From the NCBI RefSeq assembly GCF_044324785.1, contig NZ_CP172127.1: DNA of 64,000 nucleotides; one strand, 5' to 3'. Source of the stretch: Escherichia coli (GTDB taxonomy: Bacteria; Pseudomonadota; Gammaproteobacteria; Enterobacterales; Enterobacteriaceae). Under the pieces are notes generated by a model. That model did not search any database. It saw only the letters and a program-made list of their open reading frames with translations, and had not been told where the DNA came from. This document shows, one piece after another, positions 8,823 to 31,895 of the stretch. Within the stretch, counting starts at the first letter, position 1; every line of letters begins with the position of its first letter. A program made the translations under genes and the position numbers.

Positions 8823-10454
8823 TTAATACTCGTCCCGTCCTTCGTCTTCATCCGGCTGTTCCAGCACACTGTAAGCCACCGAACAAAACAGCGAGTTCAG
8901 ACGCTGCATATCTCCCAGTAAGCCTAAATGTAGCGAACTGGTTTCAATGCTTTGCACGTTTTGCTGATGCAGGCGATCGACGTGAGCATGGGAATAACGG
9001 CGATTAAGAATGCGAAAACGATGCTTGCTGCGGCGCAAACGACGGGCGCTGGTAACATCGCCAGAGAAGAAAACCGACATTGCCAGTTTTAAATTACTGA
9101 GCAATTGCTCATAGAGCGCATCCAGTTCCTTCAAGCCATCAAGCGAAAATGCCCGCCGTGCTGCCAGCGATTTATCGGCAATTTCGCTCCCCATGCGCTC
9201 GACGATATCGGAGGCCTGTTCAAGGTTGAGCGACATTTCGATGATCTCCGCCCAGCGGCGCGACTCTTCCTCCGCCAGCTCTTCTTTTGGCATCCGCGCC
9301 AGATACAGCTTAATGGCGGTATAGAGAACGTTGATATCATCAGCCAGCTTACGCAGCTCTTTCTCCTGCCGTGGCTCGCCGTGCATCACTTTATTCAGCC
9401 CTTCCATCATCTGTTCCATGGCGTCGCCAATGCGCAGGGTTTCGCGGGCGGCGTTCGCCAGAGCAAGCGTGGGCGTATCCAGCGCGCTGACATCCAGATG
9501 TTTAGGCCGTAGCTGGGTATCCAGTTCCGGTTCATCGCGAATAATCGTTTTGCAAAACCGTGCCATCGGGTCAACAAATGGCAGCATGACCAGGCAACGT
9601 ACAAGGTTGTAGAAGACATGGAAATAGATCACCAGTTCCGCTTTTGGCAATGGCAACTTCCCCATTGTCTCTGCCAGCAAATGAACAAACGGCAGGATAA
9701 TCAGGCTACCCACCAGCTTAAACAGCAGACTACCCAGCGCGACACGGCGGGCTGCGGCATTGGCGGCACTGTTGTTGAGCATCGCCAGCAGGCCGGAACC
9801 GAGGTTAGCACCAATCACCAGACAGAGCGCCACGGGGAAGGAGATAATGCCTGCGGCGGTCAGAGTCGCGGTCAGCAGTACAGCAGCAAGGCTGGAGTAG
9901 CTGATAATGGCGAACATCGCGCCAATCAGCGCATCCAGCAGAATATCGCCGGTCAGCGAGGCAAAGATCACCTGAACGCCGTTTGCCTGGGTGATCGGCG
10001 TTACGGCCTGCACAATCAACTCCAGCGCCAGCAAAATCAGCCCAAGACCAATACCGACGCGGCCCAGTTGCCCGGCGCGTGACTGTTTGCGTCCGAGGAA
10101 AAAAATCACGCCGATAAAAATAAGTAACGGTGACAGCCAGGATAAGTCGAAGGTGAGAATACGCGCCATTAGCGCCGTCCCGACATCTGCACCCAGCACA
10201 ATCACCAGAGCCGGTGCGAGGGCAACCAAATCCTGAGCGACGAACGAGGTCACCAGCATGGTGGTGGCATTACTGCTCTGCACCAGTGCGGTAACGCCGA
10301 TCCCCGCGCAAAAGGCAAGCGGCTTCTTTTCGACGCTTCGGCTAAGAACAGTACGCAGACGCGCGCCGAAGACGCGCATTACGCCTGTTCGAACAATATG
10401 CGTCCCCCAGACCAACAGGGCGACGGCAGAAAGCAGGTGAAGCAGCGTTAACAC
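8823..10454 (-). CDS. yjbB: Na+/phosphate cotransporter family membrane protein
   Basis: 543 aa; hydrophobic N-terminal half plus PhoU-like C-terminal domain; conserved downstream of metH. Confidence 0.85.
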   Translation of the reverse strand: MLTLLHLLSAVALLVWGTHIVRTGVMRVFGARLRTVLSRSVEKKPLAFCAGIGVTALVQSSNATTMLVTSFVAQDLVALAPALVIVLGADVGTALMARILTFDLSWLSPLLIFIGVIFFLGRKQSRAGQLGRVGIGLGLILLALELIVQAVTPITQANGVQVIFASLTGDILLDALIGAMFAIISYSSLAAVLLTATLTAAGIISFPVALCLVIGANLGSGLLAMLNNSAANAAARRVALGSLLFKLVGSLIILPFVHLLAETMGKLPLPKAELVIYFHVFYNLVRCLVMLPFVDPMARFCKTIIRDEPELDTQLRPKHLDVSALDTPTLALANAARETLRIGDAMEQMMEGLNKVMHGEPRQEKELRKLADDINVLYTAIKLYLARMPKEELAEEESRRWAEIIEMSLNLEQASDIVERMGSEIADKSLAARRAFSLDGLKELDALYEQLLSNLKLAMSVFFSGDVTSARRLRRSKHRFRILNRRYSHAHVDRLHQQNVQSIETSSLHLGLLGDMQRLNSLFCSVAYSVLEQPDEDEGRDEY

Positions 10455-10616
10455 GAGTTCAGGTTCTCCTTATCGTTATATGTTCCTGAAGCAATTGAAT
10501 GACCAAAGGACCGGAAACACACTGACTGGCATCTTTACTGTGCCTTTTGACCTTCGTTTTTCCGGCTAAGATTATTCCAGCCTGATTCCAGTATAAGTGT
10601 TTCATATTAATAAAGA

Positions 10617-10641
10617 GACAGGGCACTCATTGAGCGCCCTG
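10617..10641 (-). terminator. Candidate intrinsic terminator downstream of metH
   Basis: Perfect inverted repeat acagggcactcattgagcgccctgt about 30 nt after the metH stop; the trailing tract is only weakly T-rich. Confidence 0.5.
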
Positions 10642-10673
10642 TTTGTTGTAAGGAAAAGTGACAGATTTGTGAA

Positions 10674-14357
<3,684 letters not shown>

Positions 14358-14518
14358 ACTTGCTCCCGACACGCTCAACCCAGATTTAATAAAAATTCAA
14401 CAAACCATACTGGCATAAACGCATCTGTGGTAAAAGCGACCACCACGCAACATGAGATTTGTTCAACATTAACTCATCGGATCAGTTCAGCAACTATTGC
14501 ATTAGCTAACAATAAAAA

Positions 14519-14533
14519 TGAAAATGATTTCCA
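14519..14533. promoter_or_regulatory. IclR autoregulatory operator in the iclR promoter
   Basis: Near-palindrome TGAAAATGATTTCCA about 25 nt upstream of the iclR ATG. Confidence 0.55.
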
Positions 14534-14556
14534 CGATACAGAAAAAGGAGACTGTC

Positions 14557-15381
14557 ATGGTCGCACCCATTCCCGCGAAACGCGGCAGAAAACCCGCCGT
14601 TGCCACCGCACCAGCGACTGGACAGGTTCAGTCTTTAACGCGTGGCCTGAAATTACTGGAGTGGATTGCCGAATCCAATGGCAGTGTGGCACTCACGGAG
14701 CTGGCGCAACAAGCCGGGTTACCCAATTCCACGACCCACCGCCTGCTAACCACGATGCAACAGCAGGGTTTCGTGCGTCAGGTTGGCGAACTGGGACACT
14801 GGGCAATCGGCGCACATGCCTTTATGGTCGGCAGCAGCTTTCTCCAGAGCCGTAATTTGTTAGCAATTGTTCACCCTATCCTGCGCAATCTAATGGAAGA
14901 GTCTGGCGAAACGGTCAATATGGCGGTGCTTGATCAAAGCGATCACGAAGCGATTATTATCGACCAGGTACAGTGTACCCACCTGATGCGAATGTCCGCG
15001 CCTATCGGCGGTAAATTACCTATGCACGCTTCCGGTGCGGGTAAAGCCTTTTTAGCCCAACTGAGCGAAGAACAGGTGACGAAGCTGCTGCACCGCAAAG
15101 GGTTACATGCCTATACCCACGCAACGCTGGTGTCTCCTGTGCATTTAAAAGAAGATCTCGCCCAAACGCGCAAACGGGGCTATTCATTTGACGATGAGGA
15201 ACATGCACTGGGGCTACGTTGCCTTGCAGCGTGTATTTTCGATGAGCACCGTGAACCGTTTGCCGCAATTTCTATTTCCGGACCGATTTCACGTATTACC
15301 GATGACCGCGTGACCGAGTTTGGCGCGATGGTGATTAAAGCGGCGAAGGAAGTGACGCTGGCGTACGGTGGAATGCGCTGA
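14557..15381 (+). CDS. iclR: Glyoxylate-shunt repressor IclR
   Basis: 274 aa from MVAPIPAKRGRKPAVATAPATGQVQSL...; IclR-type HTH plus effector domain. Confidence 0.95.
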   Translation: MVAPIPAKRGRKPAVATAPATGQVQSLTRGLKLLEWIAESNGSVALTELAQQAGLPNSTTHRLLTTMQQQGFVRQVGELGHWAIGAHAFMVGSSFLQSRNLLAIVHPILRNLMEESGETVNMAVLDQSDHEAIIIDQVQCTHLMRMSAPIGGKLPMHASGAGKAFLAQLSEEQVTKLLHRKGLHAYTHATLVSPVHLKEDLAQTRKRGYSFDDEEHALGLRCLAACIFDEHREPFAAISISGPISRITDDRVTEFGAMVIKAAKEVTLAYGGMR

Positions 15382-15697
15382 CTTTTTCTGGCGGGCAGAG
15401 GCAATATTCTGCCCATCATACCTGAGTGGCAATAGAATAAGGGTGTCTGTTAATCGCATTGATGCCAAAATAACTTAATGTCATACACTTCACACACTTT
15501 TATTAACTCAGTATTATTTTTAAACATCAAACCACTTAATTATTAACAAAATCGCAAGATCTCATTCCACCGAAACTTTTACGGCTGCATTATGAGATTG
15601 AGCGATTTATGATATTTCTTTACTTGTAATCATATTAAATTTTTTCACTGTTCTGATAGTTAAAATTCAAGACATCAATAAACAATGAGATATTTAA

Positions 15698-19598
<3,901 letters not shown>

Positions 19599-19637
19599 TT
19601 AATTCGCCCCTCGCCTTACGGAAAGGGGCGTTGGTTG

Positions 19638-20942
19638 TTAGAACTGCGATTCTTCGGTGGAGCCGGTCAGAGCAGTAACTGAAGACGTACCGCCCTGAAT
19701 AATGGTCGTCACTTTATCGAAATAACCTGTGCCCACTTCCTGCTGGTGAGAAACGAAGGTGTAACCATCTTTCGCGGCGGCGAATTCCGGTTGCTGCACT
19801 TTCTCAACATAGTGCTTCATACCTTCGCCCTGGGCATAGGCGTTTGCCAGGTCGAACATGTTGAACCACATGCTGTGGATGCCTGCCAGGGTGATGAACT
19901 GGAACTTGTAGCCCATATCCGACAGCTGCTGCTGGAAGCTGGCAATAGTTTTGTCGTCGAGGTTTTTCTGCCAGTTGAACGACGGCGAGCAGTTATAAGC
20001 CAGCAGTTTGCCCGGATATTTCGCGTGGATGGCTTGTGCAAAGCGACGCGCCAGTTCCAGGTCTGGCGTGGAGGTTTCACACCATACCAGGTCAGCATAT
20101 GGCGCATACGCCAGGCCACGGCTGATCGCTTGCTCAATGCCCGCATGAGTACGGAAGAAGCCTTCGCTGGTACGCTCGCCGGTAATAAATTCGCTGTCAT
20201 ACGGGTCGCAATCGGAGGTAATCAGATCCGCCGCATCGGCATCGGTTCGAGCAACCAGCAGGGTTGGAACGCCCGTCACGTCAGCTGCCAGACGCGCCGC
20301 GACCAGTTTCTGAATAGCTTCCTGAGTTGGCACCAGCACTTTGCCGCCCATGTGACCACATTTCTTCACTGATGCCAGCTGATCTTCGAAGTGAACTGCC
20401 GCTGCACCGGCTTCAATCATCGCTTTCATCAGTTCAAAGGCATTCAGGACACCGCCAAAACCGGCTTCCGCATCGGCAACGATCGGCAGGAAGTAATCCA
20501 CATAGCGCGGATCACCCGGCTCAATGCCCGCGGACCATTGGATCTGATCCGCACGGCGGAAGGTATTGTTGATCCGCTCCACCACCGCTGGCACCGAGTT
20601 TGCCGGATAGAGCGACTGATCCGGATACATGCTGGCCGCCAGGTTAGCGTCCGCCGCTACCTGCCATCCCGACAGATAGACCGCTTCAATACCCGCTTTC
20701 GCCTGTTGCAGCGCCTGACCGCCAGTCAGTGCACCGAGGCTGTTGATGTAGCCTTTTTTCGACTCGCCGTGCAGCAGACGCCACATTTTCGCCGCGCCCA
20801 GTTGCGCCAGGGTGCATTCAGGATTGACTGAACCGCGTAATTTCACCACATCTTCCGCGCTGTAGGGGCGAGTAATGCCTTCCCAACGCGGTTGAGTCCA
20901 CTCTTTCTGTAATTCTTCAATTTGTTGTGTACGGGTTTTCAT
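19638..20942 (-). CDS. aceA: Isocitrate lyase
   Basis: 434 aa from [27 protein letters not shown]...; catalytic KKCGH motif. Confidence 0.95.
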   Translation of the reverse strand: MKTRTQQIEELQKEWTQPRWEGITRPYSAEDVVKLRGSVNPECTLAQLGAAKMWRLLHGESKKGYINSLGALTGGQALQQAKAGIEAVYLSGWQVAADANLAASMYPDQSLYPANSVPAVVERINNTFRRADQIQWSAGIEPGDPRYVDYFLPIVADAEAGFGGVLNAFELMKAMIEAGAAAVHFEDQLASVKKCGHMGGKVLVPTQEAIQKLVAARLAADVTGVPTLLVARTDADAADLITSDCDPYDSEFITGERTSEGFFRTHAGIEQAISRGLAYAPYADLVWCETSTPDLELARRFAQAIHAKYPGKLLAYNCSPSFNWQKNLDDKTIASFQQQLSDMGYKFQFITLAGIHSMWFNMFDLANAYAQGEGMKHYVEKVQQPEFAAAKDGYTFVSHQQEVGTGYFDKVTTIIQGGTSSVTALTGSTEESQF

Positions 20943-20971
20943 GTGCAGATGCTCCATAGTTATGTGGTGGT

Positions 20972-22573
20972 TTACGCTAACAGGCGGTAGCCTGGCAGGG
21001 TCAGGAAATCAATTAACTCATCGGAAGTGGTGATCTGTTCCATCAAGCGTGCGGCATCGTCAAAACGCCCCTGGGAGAATCGTTCTTCGCCCAGTTCGCT
21101 GGCAATGACTTTCATCTCTTCGCCCAGCATCTGGCGGAACAAGGCTTTGGTCACCGGTTTGCCATTGCTCAACGTTTTTTGATGATGGATCCACTGCCAG
21201 ATTGAGGTACGGGAAATTTCAGCCGTCGCCGCATCTTCCATCAGGCCATAAATCGGCACGCAGCCGTTGCCAGAGATCCATGCTTCGATGTACTGCACAG
21301 CCACGCGAATGTTGGCGCGCATACCTTCTTCGGTGCGTTCACCATCACAAGGTGCCAGCAGCTGATCGGCAGTAATCGGCGCGTCTTGTTCGCGCATCAC
21401 TTCAAGCTGATTTTTACGGGAGCCGAGAATGTCGTTGAATACCGCCATTGCCGTATCCGCAAGGCCTGGGTGGGCAATCCATGTACCATCGTGACCGTTA
21501 TTAGCTTCCAGCGATTTATCCGCTTTTACTTTGTTGAGCACCTGGTTATTGCGCTCTTCATCTTTGCTCGGAATAAATGCCGCCATACCGCCCATCGCAA
21601 AAGCACCGCGTTTATGGCAGGTTTTAATCAACAGGCGTGAGTAAGCATTCAGAAATGGTTTATCCATCGTCACTGCCTGTCTGTCTGGCAGGACGCGATC
21701 GGGATAGTTTTTCAACGTTTTGATATAACTGAAGATGTAATCCCAACGACCGCAGTTCAGACCAACAATATGGTCACGCAGCGCGTGAAGGATTTCATCC
21801 ATCTGGAACACGGCGGGCAGCGTTTCAATCAGCAACGTCGCCTTGATGGTGCCGCGCGGCAGATTAAAGCGATCTTCTGCATAGCTGAAGACTTCGCTCC
21901 ACCAGGCCGCTTCCTGCCAGGACTGGGTTTTCGGCAGATAGAAATAGGGACCACTGCCCTTTGCCAACAGTGCCTGATAGTTGTGGAAGAAATAGAGCGC
22001 AAAATCAAACAGGCTACCGGGGATTGCCTCACCACGCCAGGTGACATGTTTTTCCGGCAAGTGCAGACCGCGTACCCGACAAATCAACACCGCTGGATTG
22101 GGCTTGAGCTGATAAATTTTGCCTGCTTCATTGGTATAGCTGATGGTGCCGTTAACCGCATCGCGCAGGTTAATTTGCCCGTCGATCACTTTGTTCCAGT
22201 CTGGTGCCAGTGAATCTTCGAAATCGGCCATAAAGACTTTCACATTGGCGTTGAGCGCGTTGATCACCATCTTGCGCTCAACCGGGCCGGTAATCTCTAC
22301 CCGACGATCTTCTAAGTCCGCAGGAATCCCGCGAATTTTCCAGTCAGCATCACGAATGGAAGCTGTTTCCGAAATAAAATCAAGCAACGTTCCGTTATCG
22401 ATATCCTGCTGCTGCTGAATGCGCGCTGCCAGAAGTTTATTGCGTTGTGGCGTAAAATGCGTCACCAGCTCAGTCAGAAATTCTACCGCTTCGGCAGTAA
22501 GAATTTGCTTCTCCTGCTCGCCATACGGCCTTGTGAAAGCCAATTCATCGGTTGTTGTTGCCTGTTCACTCAT
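20972..22573 (-). CDS. aceB: Malate synthase A
   Basis: 533 aa from [20 protein letters not shown]...; ORF track shows a longer upstream extension. Confidence 0.95.
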   Translation of the reverse strand: MSEQATTTDELAFTRPYGEQEKQILTAEAVEFLTELVTHFTPQRNKLLAARIQQQQDIDNGTLLDFISETASIRDADWKIRGIPADLEDRRVEITGPVERKMVINALNANVKVFMADFEDSLAPDWNKVIDGQINLRDAVNGTISYTNEAGKIYQLKPNPAVLICRVRGLHLPEKHVTWRGEAIPGSLFDFALYFFHNYQALLAKGSGPYFYLPKTQSWQEAAWWSEVFSYAEDRFNLPRGTIKATLLIETLPAVFQMDEILHALRDHIVGLNCGRWDYIFSYIKTLKNYPDRVLPDRQAVTMDKPFLNAYSRLLIKTCHKRGAFAMGGMAAFIPSKDEERNNQVLNKVKADKSLEANNGHDGTWIAHPGLADTAMAVFNDILGSRKNQLEVMREQDAPITADQLLAPCDGERTEEGMRANIRVAVQYIEAWISGNGCVPIYGLMEDAATAEISRTSIWQWIHHQKTLSNGKPVTKALFRQMLGEEMKVIASELGEERFSQGRFDDAARLMEQITTSDELIDFLTLPGYRLLA

Positions 22574-22659
22574 CGTGCAGCTCCTCGTCATGGATCCGAA
22601 AACTTCCCACTGTGAACGAAGGATCGTTGTGCGCTTTTCGTTCAGCACAACTAAGACTA

Positions 22660-22700
22660 CTCATTTAAAATGCAAAATCAAAAACAATTTCCATTTTAAT
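22660..22700 (-). promoter_or_regulatory. aceBAK promoter region with IclR operator
   Basis: Reverse complement reads aatggaaattgtttttgattttgcattttaaatgag, an IclR-box-like sequence upstream of aceB. Confidence 0.55.
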
Positions 22701-22771
22701 TAAAAATATCTGATAACTTATTGATAACAATATGAATAAAATTTATTCACCTGCTGAGGTGTGTGTCGGAA

Positions 22772-22797
22772 ATAAAAAAGGCACCCGAAGGTGCCTG
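22772..22797 (-). terminator. Intrinsic terminator of metA
   Basis: Hairpin ggcaccttcgggtgcc followed by a T-tract on the minus strand, about 45 nt after the metA stop. Confidence 0.7.
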
Positions 22798-22840
22798 AGG
22801 TAAAGTGCTGAATCGCTTAACGATCGACTATCACAGAAGA

Positions 22841-23770
22841 TTAATCCAGCGTTGGGTTCATGTGCCGTAGATCGTATGGCGTGATCTGGTAGACGTAATA
22901 GTTGAGCCAGTTGGTAAACAGCAAATTACCGTGACTACGCCAGCTCGCTCGCGGTGTATTTTGCGGATCATTATGCGGGAAATAGTTATACGGTACATCC
23001 GGGTCTAGTCCGGCTTCCACATCGCGGAAAAACTCCTGCGCCAGCGTTTGCGCATCATATTCGGGATGGCCCGTCACAAAGGCAATGCGCTTATCTTTGC
23101 TGGCAAACAGATAGGCATCCCCTTCTTCTGTCTCCGCCAGAATTTCCAGATCGGTATAATCACGAATCAACGCTGCCGGAAAGTCAGCATAGCGCGAATG
23201 TGGTGCCAGGAATGAATCATCAAAGCCACGCGTCAGAAGCGCATGAGGATGGAGAATATGATGCTCGTAAACGCCAGAGAGTTTGTCGGTGCGGGTTTGC
23301 TTAGGAATGCCGTAGAGGATATTGAGCGCGGCCTGGACAGCCCAACAGACAAACAGCGTCGAGGTGACGTGATCTTTCGACCACTCCAGCACCTGTTTGA
23401 TCTGCGGCCAGTAAGCGACATCATTAAACTCCACCAGGCCCAGCGGCGCGCCGGTAACTATCAGACCGTCAAAGTTTTGTTCCTGAATATCTTCAAAGTT
23501 ACAGTAGAAGTTATTCAGATGCTCTGCGGGCGTGTTGCGCGATTCACGGGAATCGATGCGCAACAGCTGAATATCGACCTGCAAAGGTGAGTTTGAAAGC
23601 AGGCGCAGAAACTGATTTTCAGTTTCGATCTTCTTCGGCATCAGGTTAAGGATAAGCACCTTTAGCGGACGAATTTCCTGACCAGACGCGCGAGAAGTTG
23701 TCATCACAAAGACGTTTTCTTCACGCAAGAAATTGACGGCGGGTAGCTCGTCCGGCACACGAATCGGCAT
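22841..23770 (-). CDS. metA: Homoserine O-succinyltransferase
   Basis: 309-aa [48 protein letters not shown]... Confidence 0.95.
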
Positions 23771-23784
23771 AACCTGATTACCTC

Positions 23785-23825
23785 ACTACATACGCTTATA
23801 CGTTTAGACATCCAGATAGCTGAAG
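23785..23825 (-). promoter_or_regulatory. Possible tandem MetJ boxes in the metA leader
   Basis: Minus-strand sequence ggATGTCTaaACGTATaaGCGTAT gives three 8-mers resembling the AGACGTCT met-box consensus. Confidence 0.35.
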
Positions 23826-23926
23826 ATAACCAGAAAATTTGCCAATGTCGAGCCTGCATGTTGAAGGTGAGAAAGTTTCAAGGAAAAGACTACGTTAGAA
23901 TATAAGAATGACTAAAAGGAGAGAAA

Positions 23927-24370
23927 ATGGTTATTAGTATTCGCCGTTCACGGCATGAGGAAGGGGAGGAACTGGTTGCGATTTGGTGCCGTTCTGTCGA
24001 TGCCACTCACGATTTTTTATCAGCAGAGTATCGGGCCGAGCTGGAAGAGCTGGTGCGTTCCTTCCTGCCGGAAGCACCGTTGTGGGTCGCGGTTAATGAG
24101 CGGGATCAGCCAGTTGGGTTTATGCTGTTAAGTGGGCAGCATATGGATGCGCTTTTTATCGATCCTGATGCACGCGGCTGTGGCGTGGGCCGGATGCTGG
24201 TGGAACATGCGCTCTCGATGGCACCGGAACTGACAACCAATGTTAATGAGCAAAATAAGCAGGCTGTTGGGTTCTATAAGAAGATGGGTTTTAAGGTTAC
24301 GGGACGCTCTGAGGTGGACGATTTGGGGAAACCGTATCCGTTGCTGAATCTGGCGTATGTGGGGGGATAA
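23927..24370 (+). CDS. yjaB: GNAT-family N-acetyltransferase
   Basis: 147-aa ORF with acetyl-CoA binding motif (RGCGVGRMLVEHAL). Confidence 0.85.
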   Translation: MVISIRRSRHEEGEELVAIWCRSVDATHDFLSAEYRAELEELVRSFLPEAPLWVAVNERDQPVGFMLLSGQHMDALFIDPDARGCGVGRMLVEHALSMAPELTTNVNEQNKQAVGFYKKMGFKVTGRSEVDDLGKPYPLLNLAYVGG

Positions 24371-24400
24371 TGCGGATATTTACACTCGCCGCAACTCTTC

Positions 24401-24437
24401 GTAGGTCGGGTAAGACGCGCCTGCGTCGCATCCGGCC
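24401..24437. repeat. REP element between yjaB and the rRNA operon terminators
   Basis: gtaggtcgggtaagacgcgcctgcgtcgcatccggcc. Confidence 0.6.
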
Positions 24438-24454
24438 TTTTTCTGCACCAGCGC

Positions 24455-24483
24455 AAAAAGGCCCAGTCTTCCGACCGGGCCTT
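24455..24483 (-). terminator. rRNA operon distal terminator (T2-like)
   Basis: Reverse complement matches the rrnB T2 hairpin as I recall it; GC stem plus T-tract. Confidence 0.7.
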
Positions 24484-24616
24484 CTGCTTAATTTGATGCC
24501 TGGCAGTTTATGGCGGGCGTCCTGCCCGCCACCCTCCGGGCCGTTGCTTCGCAACGTTCAAATCCGCTCCCGGCGGATTTGTCCTACTCAGGAGAGCGTT
24601 CACCGACAAACAACAG

Positions 24617-24660
24617 ATAAAACAAAAGGCCCAGTCTTTCGACTGAGCCTTTTGTTTTAT
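24617..24660 (-). terminator. rRNA operon terminator T1
   Basis: Reverse complement ataaaacaaaaggctcagtcgaaagactgggccttttgttttat immediately 3' of 5S. Confidence 0.8.
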
Positions 24661-24663
24661 TTG

Positions 24664-24783
24664 ATGCCTGGCAGTTCCCTACTCTCGCATGGGGAGACCC
24701 CACACTACCATCGGCGCTACGGCGTTTCACTTCTGAGTTCGGCATGGGGTCAGGTGGGACCACCGCGCTACGGCCGCCAGGCA
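24664..24783 (-). rRNA. rrfE: 5S ribosomal RNA
   Basis: Reverse complement matches E. coli 5S over 120 nt (TGCCTGGCGGCCGTAGCGCGGTGGTCCCACCTGACCCCATGCCGAACTCAG...). Confidence 0.95.
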
Positions 24784-24875
24784 AATTCTGTTTCATCAGA
24801 CCGCTTCTGCGTTCTGATTTAATCTGTATCAGGCTGAAAATCTTCTCTCAATCCGCCAAAACAGCTTCGGCGTTG

Positions 24876-27781
<2,906 letters not shown>

Positions 27782-27974
27782 TCACAACCCGAAGATGTTT
27801 CTTTCGATTCATCATCGTGTTGCAAAAATTTGAGAGACTCACGAACAACTTTCGTTGTTCAGTGTTTCAATTTTCAGCTTGATCCAGATTTTTAAAGAGC
27901 AAATATCTCAAACATCACCCGAAGATGAGTTTTGAGATATCAAGGCAGGTGACTTTCACTCACAAACCAGCAAG

Positions 27975-28050
27975 TGGCGTCCCCTAGGGGATTCGAACCC
28001 CTGTTACCGCCGTGAAAGGGCGGTGTCCTGGGCCTCTAGACGAAGGGGAC
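27975..28050 (-). tRNA. gltV: tRNA-Glu(UUC) in the 16S-23S spacer
   Basis: Reverse complement GTCCCCTTCGTCTAGAGGCCCAGGACACCGCCCTTTCACGGCGGTAACAGGGGTTCGAATCCCCTAGGGGACGCCA. Confidence 0.95.
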
Positions 28051-28135
28051 GTATCAGTCTGCTTCGCAAGACGCCTTGCTTTTCACTTTCTATCAGACAA
28101 TCTGTGTGAGCACTACAAAGAACGCTTCTTTAAGG

Positions 28136-29677
<1,542 letters not shown>

Positions 29678-29807
29678 AAAAGTTTGATGCTCAAAGAATT
29701 AAACTTCGTAATGAATTACGTGTTCACTCTTGAGACTTGGTATTCATTTTTCGTCTTGCGACGTTAAGAATCCGTATCTTCGAGTGCCCACACAGATTGT
29801 CTGATAA

Positions 29808-29824
29808 ATTGTTAAAGAGCAGTT
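29808..29824 (-). promoter_or_regulatory. rrn leader boxA antitermination element
   Basis: Reverse complement contains TGCTCTTTAACAATTTA in the 16S leader. Confidence 0.6.
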
Positions 29825-29861
29825 GCGACGCGGCTTTCAGCTCACTATCGCGAGGTGGCGT

Positions 29862-29889
29862 ATATTACGCTTTCCTCTTTAAGAGTCAA
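29862..29889 (-). promoter_or_regulatory. rrn P2 promoter
   Basis: Minus-strand TTGACT(-35) N16 TAATAT(-10). Confidence 0.7.
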
Positions 29890-29972
29890 CCCTGAATTTC
29901 AGGATTTTTTCTCTTCAACCGAACCGGCTGTTTGTGTGAAGTGATTCACATCCGCCGTGTCGATGGAGGCGC

Positions 29973-30060
29973 ATTATAGGGAGTTCTCCGCAGGCCGCAA
30001 TAGAAAAATTGCAGAAAAATGACTGACTGCTGCATTCCCCAGCAAAACCCCGCTTTATAC
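29973..30060 (-). promoter_or_regulatory. rrn P1 promoter with upstream A/T-rich UP element region
   Basis: Minus-strand TTGCGG(-35) N16 TATAAT(-10), with an A/T-rich tract further upstream. Confidence 0.65.
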
Positions 30061-30171
30061 CTTTTTACGCACAGAGTTATCCACAATCATCAATGTAATT
30101 TCTGTATTTTTCCCACGGTAACCACTGTCAAAATTGTGATCACCATTGAAAGAGAAAAATTCGCGAGCGTT

Positions 30172-30187
30172 GCGCAAACGTTTTCGT
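30172..30187. promoter_or_regulatory. PurR operator (pur box) of purHD
   Basis: GCGCAAACGTTTTCGT, close to the palindromic consensus ACGCAAACGTTTGCGT, directly upstream of a TACAAT -10-like hexamer. Confidence 0.65.
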
Positions 30188-30294
30188 TACAATGCGGGCG
30201 AAAAATAAGGATGCCCCGTTAGGGGCGTTAGCTGAGTTTTTCGCGAAAAATTCAGCTAACGCTCTCTGTAATAGTCAAATCCAGGGGATTTACC

Positions 30295-31884
30295 ATGCAA
30301 CAACGTCGTCCAGTCCGCCGCGCTCTGCTCAGTGTTTCTGACAAAGCCGGTATCGTCGAATTCGCCCAGGCACTTTCCGCACGCGGTGTGGAGCTGCTGT
30401 CTACAGGGGGCACTGCCCGTCTGTTAGCAGAAAAAGGTCTGCCGGTAACCGAAGTTTCCGATTACACCGGTTTCCCGGAGATGATGGATGGACGCGTGAA
30501 GACCCTGCATCCGAAAGTACATGGTGGCATTCTGGGCCGTCGCGGCCAGGACGATGCCATTATGGAAGAACATCAGATCCAGCCTATCGATATGGTGGTT
30601 GTTAACCTGTATCCGTTCGCCCAGACCGTTGCCCGTGAAGGCTGCTCACTGGAAGATGCGGTTGAGAACATCGATATCGGCGGCCCAACGATGGTGCGCT
30701 CCGCCGCCAAGAACCATAAAGATGTCGCAATCGTGGTGAAGAGCAGCGACTACGACGCCATTATTAAAGAGATGGATGCCAACGAAGGATCGCTGACGCT
30801 TGCAACCCGTTTCGACCTTGCCATCAAAGCCTTCGAACACACTGCCGCCTACGACAGCATGATTGCGAACTACTTCGGCAGCATGGTTCCGGCTTACCAC
30901 GGTGAAAACAAAGAAGCCGCTGGTCGCTTCCCACGCACGCTGAACCTGAACTTCATTAAGAAGCAGGATATGCGTTACGGCGAGAACAGCCACCAGCAGG
31001 CTGCCTTCTATATAGAAGAGAATGTGAAAGAAGCCTCCGTTGCCACCGCAACCCAGGTTCAGGGTAAAGCCCTCTCTTATAACAACATCGCCGATACCGA
31101 TGCGGCGCTGGAGTGCGTGAAAGAGTTCGCCGAGCCGGCATGTGTGATTGTGAAGCACGCCAACCCTTGCGGCGTGGCTATCGGCCATTCCATTCTTGAT
31201 GCTTACGATCGCGCGTACAAAACCGACCCAACCTCCGCATTCGGCGGCATCATTGCCTTTAACCGCGAGCTGGATGCGGAAACCGCACAGGCCATCATTT
31301 CTCGTCAGTTTGTCGAAGTGATTATTGCGCCTTCCGCCAGCGAAGAAGCCCTGAAAATCACCGCCGCCAAGCAGAACGTACGCGTTCTGACCTGCGGTCA
31401 GTGGGGCGAGCGTGTTCCGGGTCTTGATTTCAAACGTGTTAACGGCGGTCTGCTGGTTCAGGATCGCGATCTGGGCATGGTCGGTGCAGAAGAACTGCGC
31501 GTCGTCACCAAACGTCAGCCGACCGAACAGGAACTGCGTGATGCGTTGTTCTGCTGGAAAGTGGCGAAGTTCGTGAAATCCAACGCCATTGTCTATGCCA
31601 AAAACAATATGACCATCGGTATTGGCGCAGGCCAGATGAGCCGCGTGTACTCCGCAAAAATCGCCGGTATTAAAGCGGCCGATGAAGGCCTGGAAGTGAA
31701 AGGTTCCTCGATGGCTTCTGACGCGTTCTTCCCGTTCCGCGACGGTATTGATGCCGCCGCCGCTGCGGGCGTGACCTGCGTAATCCAGCCTGGCGGTTCT
31801 ATCCGTGATGACGAAGTGATTGCCGCCGCCGACGAGCACGCTATTGCGATGCTCTTCACCGACATGCGCCACTTCCGCCATTAA
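30295..31884 (+). CDS. purH: Bifunctional AICAR transformylase / IMP cyclohydrolase
   Basis: 529-aa [43 protein letters not shown]... Confidence 0.95.
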   Translation: MQQRRPVRRALLSVSDKAGIVEFAQALSARGVELLSTGGTARLLAEKGLPVTEVSDYTGFPEMMDGRVKTLHPKVHGGILGRRGQDDAIMEEHQIQPIDMVVVNLYPFAQTVAREGCSLEDAVENIDIGGPTMVRSAAKNHKDVAIVVKSSDYDAIIKEMDANEGSLTLATRFDLAIKAFEHTAAYDSMIANYFGSMVPAYHGENKEAAGRFPRTLNLNFIKKQDMRYGENSHQQAAFYIEENVKEASVATATQVQGKALSYNNIADTDAALECVKEFAEPACVIVKHANPCGVAIGHSILDAYDRAYKTDPTSAFGGIIAFNRELDAETAQAIISRQFVEVIIAPSASEEALKITAAKQNVRVLTCGQWGERVPGLDFKRVNGGLLVQDRDLGMVGAEELRVVTKRQPTEQELRDALFCWKVAKFVKSNAIVYAKNNMTIGIGAGQMSRVYSAKIAGIKAADEGLEVKGSSMASDAFFPFRDGIDAAAAAGVTCVIQPGGSIRDDEVIAAADEHAIAMLFTDMRHFRH

Positions 31885-31895
31885 TGGAGCGACAG

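Noticed and set aside
24484-24620. Possible second, degenerate 5S copy between T1 and T2 (repeat of tgatgcctggcagtt)
   Set aside because: Only about 14 nt match the 5S 3' end; the rest matches the known rrnB-type T1-T2 spacer rather than a 5S gene.
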